Shown here piece by piece: positions 39,223 to 49,712 of a stretch of 64,000 nucleotides of DNA. Source of the stretch: Candidatus Campbellbacteria bacterium (GTDB taxonomy: Bacteria; Patescibacteriota; Minisyncoccia; Phycocordibacterales; JAXHMZ01); assembly GCA_034521025.1 (NCBI GenBank), contig JAXHMZ010000003.1, positions 15,726 to 79,725 of the forward strand. Reading direction: 5' to 3'. Under the pieces are notes generated by a model. The model was not told the origin of the DNA. It worked only from the letters and a program-made list of their open reading frames with translations, and did not search any database. The first letter of the stretch is position 1, and every line of letters starts with the position of its first letter. The translations under genes were made by a program, and so were the position numbers.

Positions 39223-39370
39223 TAATTAAATTTCAAGTGATAACTCTAGGAGTATAGCATCTATGCTATATATTTTAAGTTTTTTTGTGGAAAACTTGAT
39301 CTCTGTTTATTAAAGAGACGGCAGAGTAATTTGAAAAAATAGCTAAAGAAGCTTACTATATTACTAACTT

Positions 39371-40384
39371 ATGTCACCCTTATCACCTAAACTGGGAATA
39401 GACCTGGGCACCGCCAACACGCTCGTCTTCATTAAAGGAAGAGGGATCGTACTAAACGAACCTTCGGTTGTCGCGATCATCGAAGGCGAAAGCAAGGTTT
39501 TGGCAGTGGGTCTCGAAGCTAAAGACATGATAGGCCGCACACCGGAAACCATTGTGGCTCATCATCCTCTAAAAGATGGTGTTATCGCTGATTATAAGAT
39601 CACCGAGGCAATGCTGAGGTATTATATCCGAAAGGCCGTCGGCTCATGGAATCCATTCAAGCCCGAAATAATGGTTTCAGTTCCGGCCGGCGTTACTTCA
39701 ACTGAAAGAAGGGCGGTAATAGAAGCGGCGCTAAAAGCCGGAGCCGGCAACGTCTATATTGTAAAAGAGCCGATACTAGCAGCCATCGGAGCCGGCATTC
39801 CGATTCAAGAAGCCGGCGGTCATATCATTGTAGATATTGGTGGAGGCACGACCGATGTAGCCGTAATATCGCTTGGCGGTATTGTTGCCTCCACTTCGAT
39901 AAAATGCGCGGGAAACAGAATCGACGCCAGCATAATAAAGCACATCAAACGCGAACATAACCTTTCGATAGGAGAAAAAACAGCCGAAGAAATTAAAATT
40001 AAAATCGGCACTGCTAAACACCTGAGCAAAGAATTAACCATGGAAGTTAAAGGTAGTGATTTTGAAACCAGTTTGCCGAGAACTGTTTCAGTTCGATCTA
40101 ACGCGATCGCCGAGGCAATCGAAACTGAACTCTCGGAGATCATTAAAGCGATCAAAGATGTATTGCAAGAAACCCCTCCTGAATTGGCAGCAGATATTAT
40201 TGACAGAGGGATTACGATGACTGGCGGCTCATCACTTTTAAGAAAACTTCCGGAGTTGGTGCATGACAGAACCGGAGTAAAAGCAACGTTGGCCAATGAT
40301 CCGCTATTTTGTGTTGCGAAGGGTACCGGAGTCGCACTAGAGCACTTGAATACTTATAAGAAAAGCATAATCACAAAGCGATGA
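39371..40384 (+). CDS. mreB: Rod shape-determining actin homolog MreB
   Basis: LGIDLGTANTLVF..DIGGGTTDVAVISLGG. Confidence 0.9.
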   Translation: MSPLSPKLGIDLGTANTLVFIKGRGIVLNEPSVVAIIEGESKVLAVGLEAKDMIGRTPETIVAHHPLKDGVIADYKITEAMLRYYIRKAVGSWNPFKPEIMVSVPAGVTSTERRAVIEAALKAGAGNVYIVKEPILAAIGAGIPIQEAGGHIIVDIGGGTTDVAVISLGGIVASTSIKCAGNRIDASIIKHIKREHNLSIGEKTAEEIKIKIGTAKHLSKELTMEVKGSDFETSLPRTVSVRSNAIAEAIETELSEIIKAIKDVLQETPPELAADIIDRGITMTGGSSLLRKLPELVHDRTGVKATLANDPLFCVAKGTGVALEHLNTYKKSIITKR

Positions 40385-41046
40385 GGATCACGCATTTACC
40401 GGTCGACCAACACGCCTTTCTTTCAACTTTGGATGGCAAAACGATCACCGACAACGATCTAGTTGGTTTAGAAGAAGATATCCATTCGTTCTTTAGAGAA
40501 GAGACGATCACAGTTTTTCATTTTTTAAATGAAACTTTCACAATCGAAATAGCAAGGCAGCTAAAAACAACTCAAGTAAACAAAAACAGACCAGATGAAC
40601 GACGCATACTGTTGGTCAATTTTTCTTCAATTACCCTTGAAGCACAAAACGCGTTACTAAAGGTATTGGAGGAACCAACCGAAAGGACGCATTTGATATT
40701 TTTGATACCACACTCGCAAATACTTCTACCGACCATTCGCTCGCGATGCAGAGAGATTGACATAACCATAGAAGAAGACGAGGTGGTCTTTGATCACTTT
40801 TTATCTAGATCTTTCAAGGAACGTCTGGAAAAAACAGCCGAGATTTTGAAAGATAGATCACAAATATCCGCCTTTTTTCTAAACCTAGAGAAGGAAATTT
40901 CTGCAGAAAGGAAATATATTAGAGCGCCGAGCATAGATTATAAAAAATTTATAGATTACAAAAGGCGGGCCTTATCGGGTACTCCGGCCACAAAATACAT
41001 ACTAGAAGAGCTTGCTTTGACACTGCCTGTGGTAAACCATTCGTAA
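40381..41046 (+). CDS. holB: DNA polymerase III delta-prime-like subunit
   Basis: AQNALLKVLEEP..TIRSRC. Confidence 0.6.
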   Translation: MRITHLPVDQHAFLSTLDGKTITDNDLVGLEEDIHSFFREETITVFHFLNETFTIEIARQLKTTQVNKNRPDERRILLVNFSSITLEAQNALLKVLEEPTERTHLIFLIPHSQILLPTIRSRCREIDITIEEDEVVFDHFLSRSFKERLEKTAEILKDRSQISAFFLNLEKEISAERKYIRAPSIDYKKFIDYKRRALSGTPATKYILEELALTLPVVNHS

Positions 41047-41097
41047 AAAGAGACTTAAAGTTCCAACAATGGCCTGATTCTGCTATAATACCCCAGT

Positions 41098-41652
41098 ATG
41101 AGTTATTCTTTTGACACATTTAGAAGATCACTTAACAACACAGAAGAGTGGTTAAAAAAAGAGTTGGCTAGCATTCGCACCGGGCAAGCTTCGCCGACCG
41201 TACTTGATTCCGTAACCGTAGAAGTCCACGGTGCTAGACTTCCATTGAATCAAGTAGCAAATATTTCCCTAGAAGGATCTAGGGCATTAAGAGTTAACGT
41301 TTGGGACAAAAATCAAATAAAGGCGGTTGAAAAAGCAATTCGCGACAGAGACCTAGGCCTTTCTATTGCTACCGACGATAGTGGGGTTAGAATATTCTTT
41401 CCTGAGGTAACAACTGAACAAAAGGAAAAATTCGTTAAATTAGCCAAAGATCGTCTTGAGCAGGCACGGATTGCAGTAAGAGGAGAAAGAGAAGACACGC
41501 TGAAAGAAATTCAGGACCTGGAAAAATCAAGCGAAATAAGCGAAGATGAAGCTTTCAGCCTCAAAGAGCAACTACAAAAGCAAGTAGACGAAAAAAATCA
41601 AGATCTCAGCGAAATTTTTGAAAGGAAAGAGAACGAAATACTCTCAACTTAA
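41098..41652 (+). CDS. frr: Ribosome recycling factor
   Basis: LKKELASIRTGQASPTVLDSV. Confidence 0.9.
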   Translation: MSYSFDTFRRSLNNTEEWLKKELASIRTGQASPTVLDSVTVEVHGARLPLNQVANISLEGSRALRVNVWDKNQIKAVEKAIRDRDLGLSIATDDSGVRIFFPEVTTEQKEKFVKLAKDRLEQARIAVRGEREDTLKEIQDLEKSSEISEDEAFSLKEQLQKQVDEKNQDLSEIFERKENEILST

Positions 41653-41655
41653 TTT

Positions 41656-42759
41656 ATGTCATTCATAATATTCTTATTAGTACTTGGCTTACTTATTTTT
41701 ATCCATGAACTTGGGCATTTTATTGCTGCAAAAAAGAGCGGTGTCAGAGTTTATGAATTCGCGTTAGGTTTCCCTCCAAACATATCTAAAATAAAAAAAG
41801 GTGAAACAGAGTACGCCATAAACGCCCTTCCCATTGGCGGATATGTACGACTACAAGGAGAGAACGGAGTCGAGGAAGATGTAACAGAAGAAGAAAAGAA
41901 TAAGAGTTTTGCTTTCAAGGGCTCCTTAACAAAAACTTTTATATTAGCGGCCGGTGTCATTATGAATATGATACTGGCGTGGGTTTTGCTTTCTATCGCT
42001 TTTATGGTCGGCTATCCTACGGCTGATCAAGATATAAACGAGCAATATGTAGTCGATGAAGGAGTGATCATCACACAAGTATTGCCGGATTCACCGGCTG
42101 AAAAGGCTGAAGTTCTTCCGGGTGATGAGCTCATATCTATTAGCGACGGGAGTAATACAGAAGAGATAACCAACGCTCAAAACATAAGCAGTTTCATAGA
42201 AGGCACTGACAGCGAAAACATCACACTCCTAATAAGTCGAAGCGGGGAAGAGAGAGAAATAGACATATCTCCAACAACTAATTTAGAAGGCGAAGAAAAG
42301 GATAAGAGAATGATCGGCATAGCGTCGTCTAATATTTCTGTTGTTAAATATCCTCCCCATCTGGCGTTATACAATGGAGCGATTTGGACCGGAAACGCGA
42401 CGGTGATGACCGTTCAGGGACTGGGATCTTTAATTGCGGGTCTTTTTCAAGGAGAAGGGGACCTTTCTAATGTGGCTGGTCCAATCGGCATAGTTAGCTT
42501 AGTAGGAGACGCTTACGCGGTCGGTTTTGTGTATCTACTTTCTTTCACCGCGATCATTTCTATTAACCTTGCGATAATTAACCTCTTACCCGTACCGGCT
42601 CTCGACGGCGGTAGGATCCTCTTTGTTTGGATAGAGGCGTTGAAAGGATCTCCAATGAGTCCTCGTACTCAGATGATCGCAAACGGTATTGGATTCGCTT
42701 TATTGATCCTCTTGATAATAGTAGTATCGGTTAATGACATACGTAATCTATTTATGTAG
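41656..42759 (+). CDS. rseP: RIP zinc metalloprotease RseP (site-2 protease with PDZ)
   Basis: HELGHF, PDZ region, C-terminal LDGG. Confidence 0.85.
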   Translation: MSFIIFLLVLGLLIFIHELGHFIAAKKSGVRVYEFALGFPPNISKIKKGETEYAINALPIGGYVRLQGENGVEEDVTEEEKNKSFAFKGSLTKTFILAAGVIMNMILAWVLLSIAFMVGYPTADQDINEQYVVDEGVIITQVLPDSPAEKAEVLPGDELISISDGSNTEEITNAQNISSFIEGTDSENITLLISRSGEEREIDISPTTNLEGEEKDKRMIGIASSNISVVKYPPHLALYNGAIWTGNATVMTVQGLGSLIAGLFQGEGDLSNVAGPIGIVSLVGDAYAVGFVYLLSFTAIISINLAIINLLPVPALDGGRILFVWIEALKGSPMSPRTQMIANGIGFALLILLIIVVSVNDIRNLFM

Positions 42760-42764
42760 GCACT

Positions 42765-44018
42765 ATGAGGCAATCCCAACTTTTTACAAAAACTAGAAAA
42801 GAGGCTCCAAAAGATGAAGCGAGTAAAAATGCGAGACTCTTGATACAAGCCGGCTTTATTGAAAAGGTCATGGCCGGTGTATATTCTTATTTGCCTCTTG
42901 GCTTAAGGGTTTTGAATAAAGTTGAAAATATTATTCGCGAGGAAATGAACTCGATAGGTGGTCAGGAATTGTTTCTAACCTCGCTTCAGGATCCAGAGAT
43001 CTGGCAAAGATCTGGGCGCTGGGACGACGAAGCCATCGACGTTTGGTTTAAGACAAAACTAGCCAATGACTCTGAGATAGGTTTAGCAACAACACATGAA
43101 GAACCAATAGCAAAACTAATGGTTGAACATATTCGTTCGTATAAAGATCTTCCTGTTTATGCTTACCAGTTTCAAACAAAATTCAGAAATGAGTTGCGCG
43201 CAAAATCAGGAATTATGCGCGGTCGTGAGTTCAAAATGAAGGATCTCTACTCCTTCAATAAAAACGAGGAAAATTTTCGCGAATTTTACGAAGAGTGTGC
43301 TCAAGCATACGCACGTATCTTTTCGCGCGTCGGAGTGGGTGATAAGACTTATCGAACATTCGCAAGCGGTGGCTCATTCAGTAAGTTCAGTGATGAGTTT
43401 CAAACGATATCGGACGCGGGTGAAGACATTATTTACATCGACAAAGATAAGAATATAGCCGTTAACGAAGAGGTCTACGAAGACTCGGTTTTAGAAGAGC
43501 TCGACCTTAAAAAAGAAAACTTAGTAAAAGAAAAAGCAATAGAAGTGGGAAATATTTTCCCTCTAGGCACTAAGTACGCCGAAGCAATGGATTTGTTCTA
43601 TAACGATGAATCAGGCGAAAAAAGGCCGGTAACTATGGGCTCATACGGAATCGGACCCGGTAGATTAGTAGGGGCGGTAGTAGAGATATTTTCAGATGAA
43701 AAAGGAATGGTATGGCCAGATTCTATCGCACCCTTCAAAGCACATATAATTTTAGTAGACACTGAGAACAAAGAGCAGAGTAGAGCTGCTAATCAGATAT
43801 ATAAAGAATTAACAAACAAAAATATCGAGGTGCTTTTTGACGATAGAAATATTAGCGCAGGAGAAAAATTTGCTGATTCAGATCTCATCGGAATACCTCA
43901 CAGGATCACTATTGGCAAAAAATTTTTGGAGAGCGATCTCATTGAATACACAGAGCGAGCAACGGGGGGCTCTCGAGAAATGACCGAGGAAGAACTGCTG
44001 TCTATCTTAGTCAATTAA
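42765..44018 (+). CDS. proS: Prolyl-tRNA synthetase (short form without editing domain)
   Basis: Class II motifs. 417 aa. Confidence 0.8.
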   Translation: MRQSQLFTKTRKEAPKDEASKNARLLIQAGFIEKVMAGVYSYLPLGLRVLNKVENIIREEMNSIGGQELFLTSLQDPEIWQRSGRWDDEAIDVWFKTKLANDSEIGLATTHEEPIAKLMVEHIRSYKDLPVYAYQFQTKFRNELRAKSGIMRGREFKMKDLYSFNKNEENFREFYEECAQAYARIFSRVGVGDKTYRTFASGGSFSKFSDEFQTISDAGEDIIYIDKDKNIAVNEEVYEDSVLEELDLKKENLVKEKAIEVGNIFPLGTKYAEAMDLFYNDESGEKRPVTMGSYGIGPGRLVGAVVEIFSDEKGMVWPDSIAPFKAHIILVDTENKEQSRAANQIYKELTNKNIEVLFDDRNISAGEKFADSDLIGIPHRITIGKKFLESDLIEYTERATGGSREMTEEELLSILVN

Positions 44019-44022
44019 TTAT

Positions 44023-45096
44023 ATGGCAAATGAAAATACAGGAAAACGCTCTTGGGGCTTACGTTTCAGTTTTCGTAATGATATCGGGATCGATCTAGGA
44101 ACCGCCAATACTTTAGTCTACGTACACCCTAAGGGAATAGTTATAGATGAACCTTCGGTTGTGGCTGTAAATAAGAAAACAGGCCGCGTAGTCGCTGTCG
44201 GTAAAAAAGCAAGAGAAATGGTGGGTCGTACGCCGGCTCATATTGAGGCGATCAATCCCTTGGTAGACGGCGTCATATCTGATTTTGAGATTGCCGAGGA
44301 GATGCTTGCTCACTTATTACGCAGGGCACGAGAACACACCTCAAGTTTCATACCTCCGCGCGTCCTTGTCGGGGTGCCTTCCGGTATTACAAACGTAGAA
44401 ATTAGAGCCGTCCGAGACGCGGCAAAAAACGCAGGTGCCAGGTCGGTCAATATCATTGAAGAGCCAATGGCCGCGGCTATAGGTATAGGTCTACCAGTAC
44501 TCGAAGCAAACGGCAATATGGTAGTAGATATCGGTGGTGGAACGACCGATATCGCGGTGATCTCACTGGGAGGCATCGTGCAATCTAAAAATTTGCGCGT
44601 TGCGGGCGACCACTTGAACCAAGACATAATTCGATTTCTGAAAGAAAAATATAAATTGCAGATCGGAGAAAAAACTGCCGAGAATATAAAAATAGAACTT
44701 GGGTCGGTAGTTGACGAAAAAAAGCCGCTCTCAGCCAAGGCACGCGGACGCGACTTAGTTACTGGGCTACCCAAAGAAATAGAGGTGACAGATTCAGATG
44801 TTAAAGAAGCCATTCTGGTTTCAATTGAAAAACTAATTGAGGCCGTAAAAAACGTTGTAGAAACGATGCCACCTGAAGTTATGTCAGACATAATGAAAAG
44901 AGGCATATATATTACAGGCGGAGGTGCTCTTTTACGAGGCCTGGACTCGGTACTTGAGAGTTTTATCAAAGTACCGTTTTATCTAACTGATGACCCACTA
45001 ACTACTGTGGCTCGCGGCACGGGAATAGTTTTGAACGACTTTGATCGCTATAAAGAAATTTTAATACAAAACGACGATGAGCAACCGACTGAATAA
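44023..45096 (+). CDS. Second MreB/Mbl paralog
   Basis: IGIDLGTANTLVYV..DIGGGTTDIAVISLGG. Confidence 0.85.
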   Translation: MANENTGKRSWGLRFSFRNDIGIDLGTANTLVYVHPKGIVIDEPSVVAVNKKTGRVVAVGKKAREMVGRTPAHIEAINPLVDGVISDFEIAEEMLAHLLRRAREHTSSFIPPRVLVGVPSGITNVEIRAVRDAAKNAGARSVNIIEEPMAAAIGIGLPVLEANGNMVVDIGGGTTDIAVISLGGIVQSKNLRVAGDHLNQDIIRFLKEKYKLQIGEKTAENIKIELGSVVDEKKPLSAKARGRDLVTGLPKEIEVTDSDVKEAILVSIEKLIEAVKNVVETMPPEVMSDIMKRGIYITGGGALLRGLDSVLESFIKVPFYLTDDPLTTVARGTGIVLNDFDRYKEILIQNDDEQPTE

Positions 45097-45856
45097 AAGA
45101 ACCAGGGTAGCTGCTATCTCTCTCATATCTTTATTGTTTGTTCTCATAATAATTTCTGTAGCGTTCGGTCGTAACGCTCTGAATAATGCTTTTTCGCCAG
45201 TTCTCGCTTTGGGCGCAAATGTCAACCAAGCCAGTGGTGACTTTCTTAAAAAATTTCAAGACAAAGACGAATTAATTGAGAAAGTAGCAGAACTTACATT
45301 CGAGAATGAAAAGTTGGCTAGAGAGAATCGCTCAAAAGCTCTCCTTGCGATTGAAAACGAAATGCTAAAAGAAATGCTGGGGCGAAAAAGTGAATCCGGT
45401 GATGATCTAACTATAACCCGAGTAATTTCACGGCCGCCAATAACTTCTTTTGATACACTAATAATAGATATGGGAAGAGAAGATGGGGTCGAAAAAGGAG
45501 ACGCCGTGCTGTCTTCCAGTAGTAACGAAATCGGTTATATAGAAAAGGTTTTGGAGTCGTCCGCAAATGTCAGATTATATTCGTCACCCGGGGAAAGAAC
45601 TCCGGTAGAAATAGACGGCAACGGCACACTTGTAGTAGCTGAGGGTACGGGAGGTGGCTCCATTGCAATTCAGGCACCTCGATTTCTTGATATAGAAGAG
45701 GGAGCTTTAGTTACTAAACCCGCGCTTGATTCTACCGTAATAGCTTCTATAGAGTCAGTTGAATCAGGCGAGACCGACGCGTTTCAATTAGTTCGCGGTA
45801 AATTACCGATCAATGTTTTTGAGGTATCTTGGGTGTTTGTGGAGATCGTTGAGTAG
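45077..45856 (+). CDS. mreC: Rod shape-determining protein MreC
   Basis: N-terminal TM, coiled coil (ENEKLARENR..LKEMLG), beta domain. Confidence 0.7.
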   Translation: MSNRLNKRTRVAAISLISLLFVLIIISVAFGRNALNNAFSPVLALGANVNQASGDFLKKFQDKDELIEKVAELTFENEKLARENRSKALLAIENEMLKEMLGRKSESGDDLTITRVISRPPITSFDTLIIDMGREDGVEKGDAVLSSSSNEIGYIEKVLESSANVRLYSSPGERTPVEIDGNGTLVVAEGTGGGSIAIQAPRFLDIEEGALVTKPALDSTVIASIESVESGETDAFQLVRGKLPINVFEVSWVFVEIVE

Positions 45857-45889
45857 AACAAGAGTGTTAACTACAACTGGTTAGTAAAT

Positions 45890-47566
45890 ATGAAGAGAAA
45901 AAACAAGAACAATTTTCAAATAGACCCGCATGAAGTGTTGTTGGACTCAGAGAGTTTGGAAGATCAGTCAGAATCTGATTCCAGACTGGAGAAGCCTATA
46001 CGGACGTCTTCATTACAGATACTTATTCTAATTACGGTCGCAATATTTGCCATATTTTCGTTTAAACTTTTTAATCTACAGATCGTAGAGGGAAAAGAAT
46101 ATAAAGAACGTAGTGAAAACAATCGCCTACAGCATTCTCTTATACCCGCTGAAAGAGGTATTATTTATGATCGCAACGGAGAAAAACTGGCTTGGAATGA
46201 AAAGTCCTCTAACGGTAGTGATCATGCTAAAAGGCAATACACCGAACTAGGAGGTATGGGGCATATTTTGGGGTACACAAAACCACCGGCAAAAGATAAA
46301 AGCGGGATATATTATAGAACCCACCATATCGGCCTAGCCGGAGCAGAGTCGGTTTTTGAAAGACAACTACGTGGCAATAACGGAACAAGAATTATAGAAA
46401 CTAACGTGAAGTATGAAGTTGTATCTAAGAACTTAATAAAAGAGCCCGAACCCGGCGGTGAAGTGGAGCTTTCTATCGACGCGGAAATATCAAACAAACT
46501 TTACGAAGAGATCAAAAGCGCCACGGAAGAATATGGCTTTAGAGGTGGCTCCGCTGTGATAATGGATATCGACTCCGGTGAGATCTTAGCTCTTAGTAAT
46601 TATCCGGAAACTGACTCAAATGTTCTCTCCGACGGTAAAAATGAAGAAGAGATCGAAAAATACTCTGAAAATCCAGCCAAACCCTACCTCAATCGAGCGC
46701 TAAACGGAAGCTTCACGCCCGGATCAATTGTAAAGCCCTTCATTGCGACCGCGGCCCTAAACGAAAATATAATCAATCCAAACAAAACAATATTTAGTGA
46801 CGGTTCAATACAAATAGAAAGCCCATATGACCCGGAGGATGTATACGTTTTTCGTGACTGGCAAGCACACGGAGCTGTAGATATGCGTGAGGCTCTAGCT
46901 GTTTCTTCAAACGAATATTTCTACACCATAGGCGGAGGACATGAAGACCAAGAGGGCTTAGGAATTGATAGAATTTATGAGTATATGCATCTTTTTGGCT
47001 TCGGCGAAAAAACCGGCATTGAATTGGGATCAGAAGCCGTAGGAGTGGTACCAAGCAGAGAGTGGAAAAGAGAAACCTTTGAGAGTGAAAGTTGGTTTCT
47101 TGGTGACACTTATAATACTTCCATAGGACAATACGGCTTTTTGGTTACTCCCATACAAGCAGTCAGAGCCACCGCCGCCATAGCAAATGGAGGCACCTTA
47201 TTGACCCCAAGGATCTCAGACTCACTTCTGCTTGAAAAAAAGGAGCTTGATATAGCTGAAAAAGACTTGCAGGTCGTCAGAGAAGGGATGCGGCTCGGTG
47301 TAACAGATAAAATAGTTAGATCGTTAAAGTTTCCGGAATTATCAATAGCGGCAAAAACAGGAACCGCCGAAGTTGGTTTTGAGAAGGGATATGAAAATTC
47401 TTGGGTTGTTGGTTATTTTCCTTATGACGAGCCTAAGTACGCGTTTGCCGTATTACTTGATCACGTAGACGAATCTAATAGTTTTGGCGCCGCTCCAAAT
47501 ATGCGTTCTTTTTTTCAGTGGTTGATTAAAGAAAAACCGGAATATACAACGACTGGCTCTGACTAG
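45890..47566 (+). CDS. mrdA: Penicillin-binding protein 2 (elongasome transpeptidase)
   Basis: GSAVIMDIDSGEILAL, SxxK TPGSIVKP, KTGTAE. Confidence 0.8.
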   Translation: MKRKNKNNFQIDPHEVLLDSESLEDQSESDSRLEKPIRTSSLQILILITVAIFAIFSFKLFNLQIVEGKEYKERSENNRLQHSLIPAERGIIYDRNGEKLAWNEKSSNGSDHAKRQYTELGGMGHILGYTKPPAKDKSGIYYRTHHIGLAGAESVFERQLRGNNGTRIIETNVKYEVVSKNLIKEPEPGGEVELSIDAEISNKLYEEIKSATEEYGFRGGSAVIMDIDSGEILALSNYPETDSNVLSDGKNEEEIEKYSENPAKPYLNRALNGSFTPGSIVKPFIATAALNENIINPNKTIFSDGSIQIESPYDPEDVYVFRDWQAHGAVDMREALAVSSNEYFYTIGGGHEDQEGLGIDRIYEYMHLFGFGEKTGIELGSEAVGVVPSREWKRETFESESWFLGDTYNTSIGQYGFLVTPIQAVRATAAIANGGTLLTPRISDSLLLEKKELDIAEKDLQVVREGMRLGVTDKIVRSLKFPELSIAAKTGTAEVGFEKGYENSWVVGYFPYDEPKYAFAVLLDHVDESNSFGAAPNMRSFFQWLIKEKPEYTTTGSD

Positions 47567-47644
47567 CTGGTTTGACGTAATCTTTATTTATCGGTAGGAT
47601 TTTCTAGTAGTGAAATATCTAAAAATCATCTCATAACTATAAAT

Positions 47645-48109
47645 ATGCAACAGGAGTATCTCAGTCCAGAAAAGTTTCAAGAGCTTAAGGCAGAGTTGGA
47701 CAATTTAAAAAACGTAGAACGTAAGAAAGTTACCGAGGCACTAGAGTATGCTAAATCTCTCGGAGACTTATCCGAGAACGCCGAATATCATGAAGCGCGA
47801 GACAACCAAGCAAAGATAGAAGCTCGCATTGTGGAACTAGAATCTATGCTGAAATCCGCTGTAGTTATTTCTTCAAAGGGAAGGAGTGACATAGCGCAAG
47901 CTGGGTCCAAGATCACCATTCAAAATAAAGAAGACAAAAAGAAACGCACCTTTACTATTGTTAGCAGCGAGGAATCAGACATCGACAACGGTAAGCTTTC
48001 CTATCATTCTCCAATCGGCGCCGCGGTTATGGGCAAAAAGAAAGGAGATGAATTCACTGTTAGAACCCCCAACGGTGAAACAACTTATAAACTTATGGAT
48101 ATTGAGTAA
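47645..48109 (+). CDS. greA: Transcription elongation factor GreA
   Basis: GDLSENAEYHEARDNQ. Confidence 0.9.
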   Translation: MQQEYLSPEKFQELKAELDNLKNVERKKVTEALEYAKSLGDLSENAEYHEARDNQAKIEARIVELESMLKSAVVISSKGRSDIAQAGSKITIQNKEDKKKRTFTIVSSEESDIDNGKLSYHSPIGAAVMGKKKGDEFTVRTPNGETTYKLMDIE

Positions 48110-48114
48110 TACCT

Positions 48115-49578
48115 ATGGCTTCTTTAGAGGAAATAAAAAAGGATAGGTTAGAAAAGATCTCTGCTTTGAAGGACGCTGGGATGGACCCCTATCCGGCTGT
48201 CAGCAATCGAGATATTTCTATCGATGACTTTTTGAATGACTTTGAGGTATTTGAAAAAAGCGGGGAAGAAAAGACCATCGCCGGTCGCATTCGCTCTATC
48301 CGCACTCACGGTGCCATAGCATTCTGTGATCTTCTTGACGGCTCAACGACTATACAGATATACCTTAAAAAAGATGTTCTGGGTGAAGATCTTTTTTCGC
48401 TATTTGAAAAAACGGTAGATGAAAGTGATTTTGTAGAGTTTACTGGAAAGGCAGAAAAAACAGAGAGGGGGATAGAAAGTTTAACGCCCAGCAAATGGCG
48501 CATGCTTACTAAAAGCCTAAGGCCCGTCCCCAAAGACTATTACGGCTTTAAGGATGAAGAGGAGCGTCTCCGCAAGCGATACTTGGACATATTAACCAAT
48601 CCTGAAGTTCGTGAGTTGCTTGAGAAAAAATCGAAGTTTTGGAGAGTAACCAGAAACTTTTTAGAAAGCAGAAATTTTCTCGAAGTTGAAACTCCGACTC
48701 TTGAAGTTACAACCGGAGGCGCCGAAGCCACGCCTTTCGAAACTTACCACAGGGATTTTGACCTCAACGCTTACTTGCGCATATCAGTGGGTGAGCTCTG
48801 GCAGAAAAAATTGATGGCGAGCGGTATTGAAAAAACATTCGAGATCGGCCGCGTGTATCGTAATGAAGGATCAAGTCCGGAGCACGTTCAAGAGTTCACG
48901 AACATGGAATGCTACTGGGCCTACGCTAGTTTTCGCGACGGAATGGATTTGGCAAAAGAATTGTACATAACTCTAGCGAAGGAAGTTTTTGGTAAAACTA
49001 AGTTTAGCACCCGTGGATATACATTTGATCTGTCGGACGAATGGAAAGAAATAGACTATCGTTCAGAAATAGAAAAAGAGACGGGAATTGATATTTTAGA
49101 AGCGGACAGTAAAACTATCGAAAATAAACTTAGTGAACTAAATGTACACTACGACGGCAAAACCTATGAACGATTAGTGGATTCATTGTGGAAGTATTGC
49201 CGCAAGAAGATCTCCGGACCTGCTTTTCTAGTTAATCACCCAAGTCTGGTTTCTCCTTTATCAAAAGCTCACAAAGATAATCAGGAACTTACCGAACGTT
49301 TCCAGATCATCCTAGCGGGAAGCGAGCTAGGTAACGGTTTCTCCGAGCTCAATGATCCTGAAGAGCAAAGGGAGCGCTTCGAGGCACAGCAAAAACTCAT
49401 AGACAGAGGAGACGATGAAGCAATGATGCCGGATTGGGAATTCGTGGAAGCACTGGAGTACGGAATTCCTCCAACGTTTGGTTTTGGATTCGGAGAAAGA
49501 TTATTTGCTTTCCTTGCCGACAGACCAATTCGGGAAGTGGCTACTTTTCCTCTGATGAAACCACAAAGTAACGCTTAA
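48115..49578 (+). CDS. lysS: Lysyl-tRNA synthetase, class II
   Basis: FEIGRVYRNEG..ELGNGFSELNDP..GFGFGERL. Confidence 0.9.
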   Translation: MASLEEIKKDRLEKISALKDAGMDPYPAVSNRDISIDDFLNDFEVFEKSGEEKTIAGRIRSIRTHGAIAFCDLLDGSTTIQIYLKKDVLGEDLFSLFEKTVDESDFVEFTGKAEKTERGIESLTPSKWRMLTKSLRPVPKDYYGFKDEEERLRKRYLDILTNPEVRELLEKKSKFWRVTRNFLESRNFLEVETPTLEVTTGGAEATPFETYHRDFDLNAYLRISVGELWQKKLMASGIEKTFEIGRVYRNEGSSPEHVQEFTNMECYWAYASFRDGMDLAKELYITLAKEVFGKTKFSTRGYTFDLSDEWKEIDYRSEIEKETGIDILEADSKTIENKLSELNVHYDGKTYERLVDSLWKYCRKKISGPAFLVNHPSLVSPLSKAHKDNQELTERFQIILAGSELGNGFSELNDPEEQRERFEAQQKLIDRGDDEAMMPDWEFVEALEYGIPPTFGFGFGERLFAFLADRPIREVATFPLMKPQSNA

Positions 49579-49602
49579 CTAAGCCCTAACAAAAACAAAT
49601 TT

Positions 49603-49637
49603 GATATCCCTCCCCGCAAAGGTGGGATATTTTTTTA
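49603..49637 (+). terminator. Rho-independent terminator after lysS (gatatccc..gggatat-ttttttt)
   Basis: Hairpin plus T7. Confidence 0.65.
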
Positions 49638-49658
49638 TCCACAGCTTTGAAACTTCAT

Positions 49659-49700
49659 AAGTGTGGAGTATAATGTCACTAAGTGGGATAAAGTGTCATA
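49659..49700 (+). promoter_or_regulatory. dcw-cluster promoter (TATAAT at 49668-49673) with three direct AAGTGKG repeats, a putative MraZ operator
   Basis: AAGTGTGGAG (49659), AAGTGGGATA (49681), AAGTGTCATA (49691). 10-bp phasing of the last two. Only 40 nt from the mraZ ATG. Confidence 0.45.
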
Positions 49701-49712
49701 AATAGAATTGTC

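Noticed and set aside
44310-44969. 219-aa minus-strand ORF inside the mreB paralog, and similar antisense ORFs (39820..40296, 58457..59242, 59978..60400, 53677..54153, 16982..17293)
   Set aside because: They lie entirely antisense to strongly supported conserved genes and show low-complexity Ser/Pro/Ile-rich translations typical of shadow ORFs.
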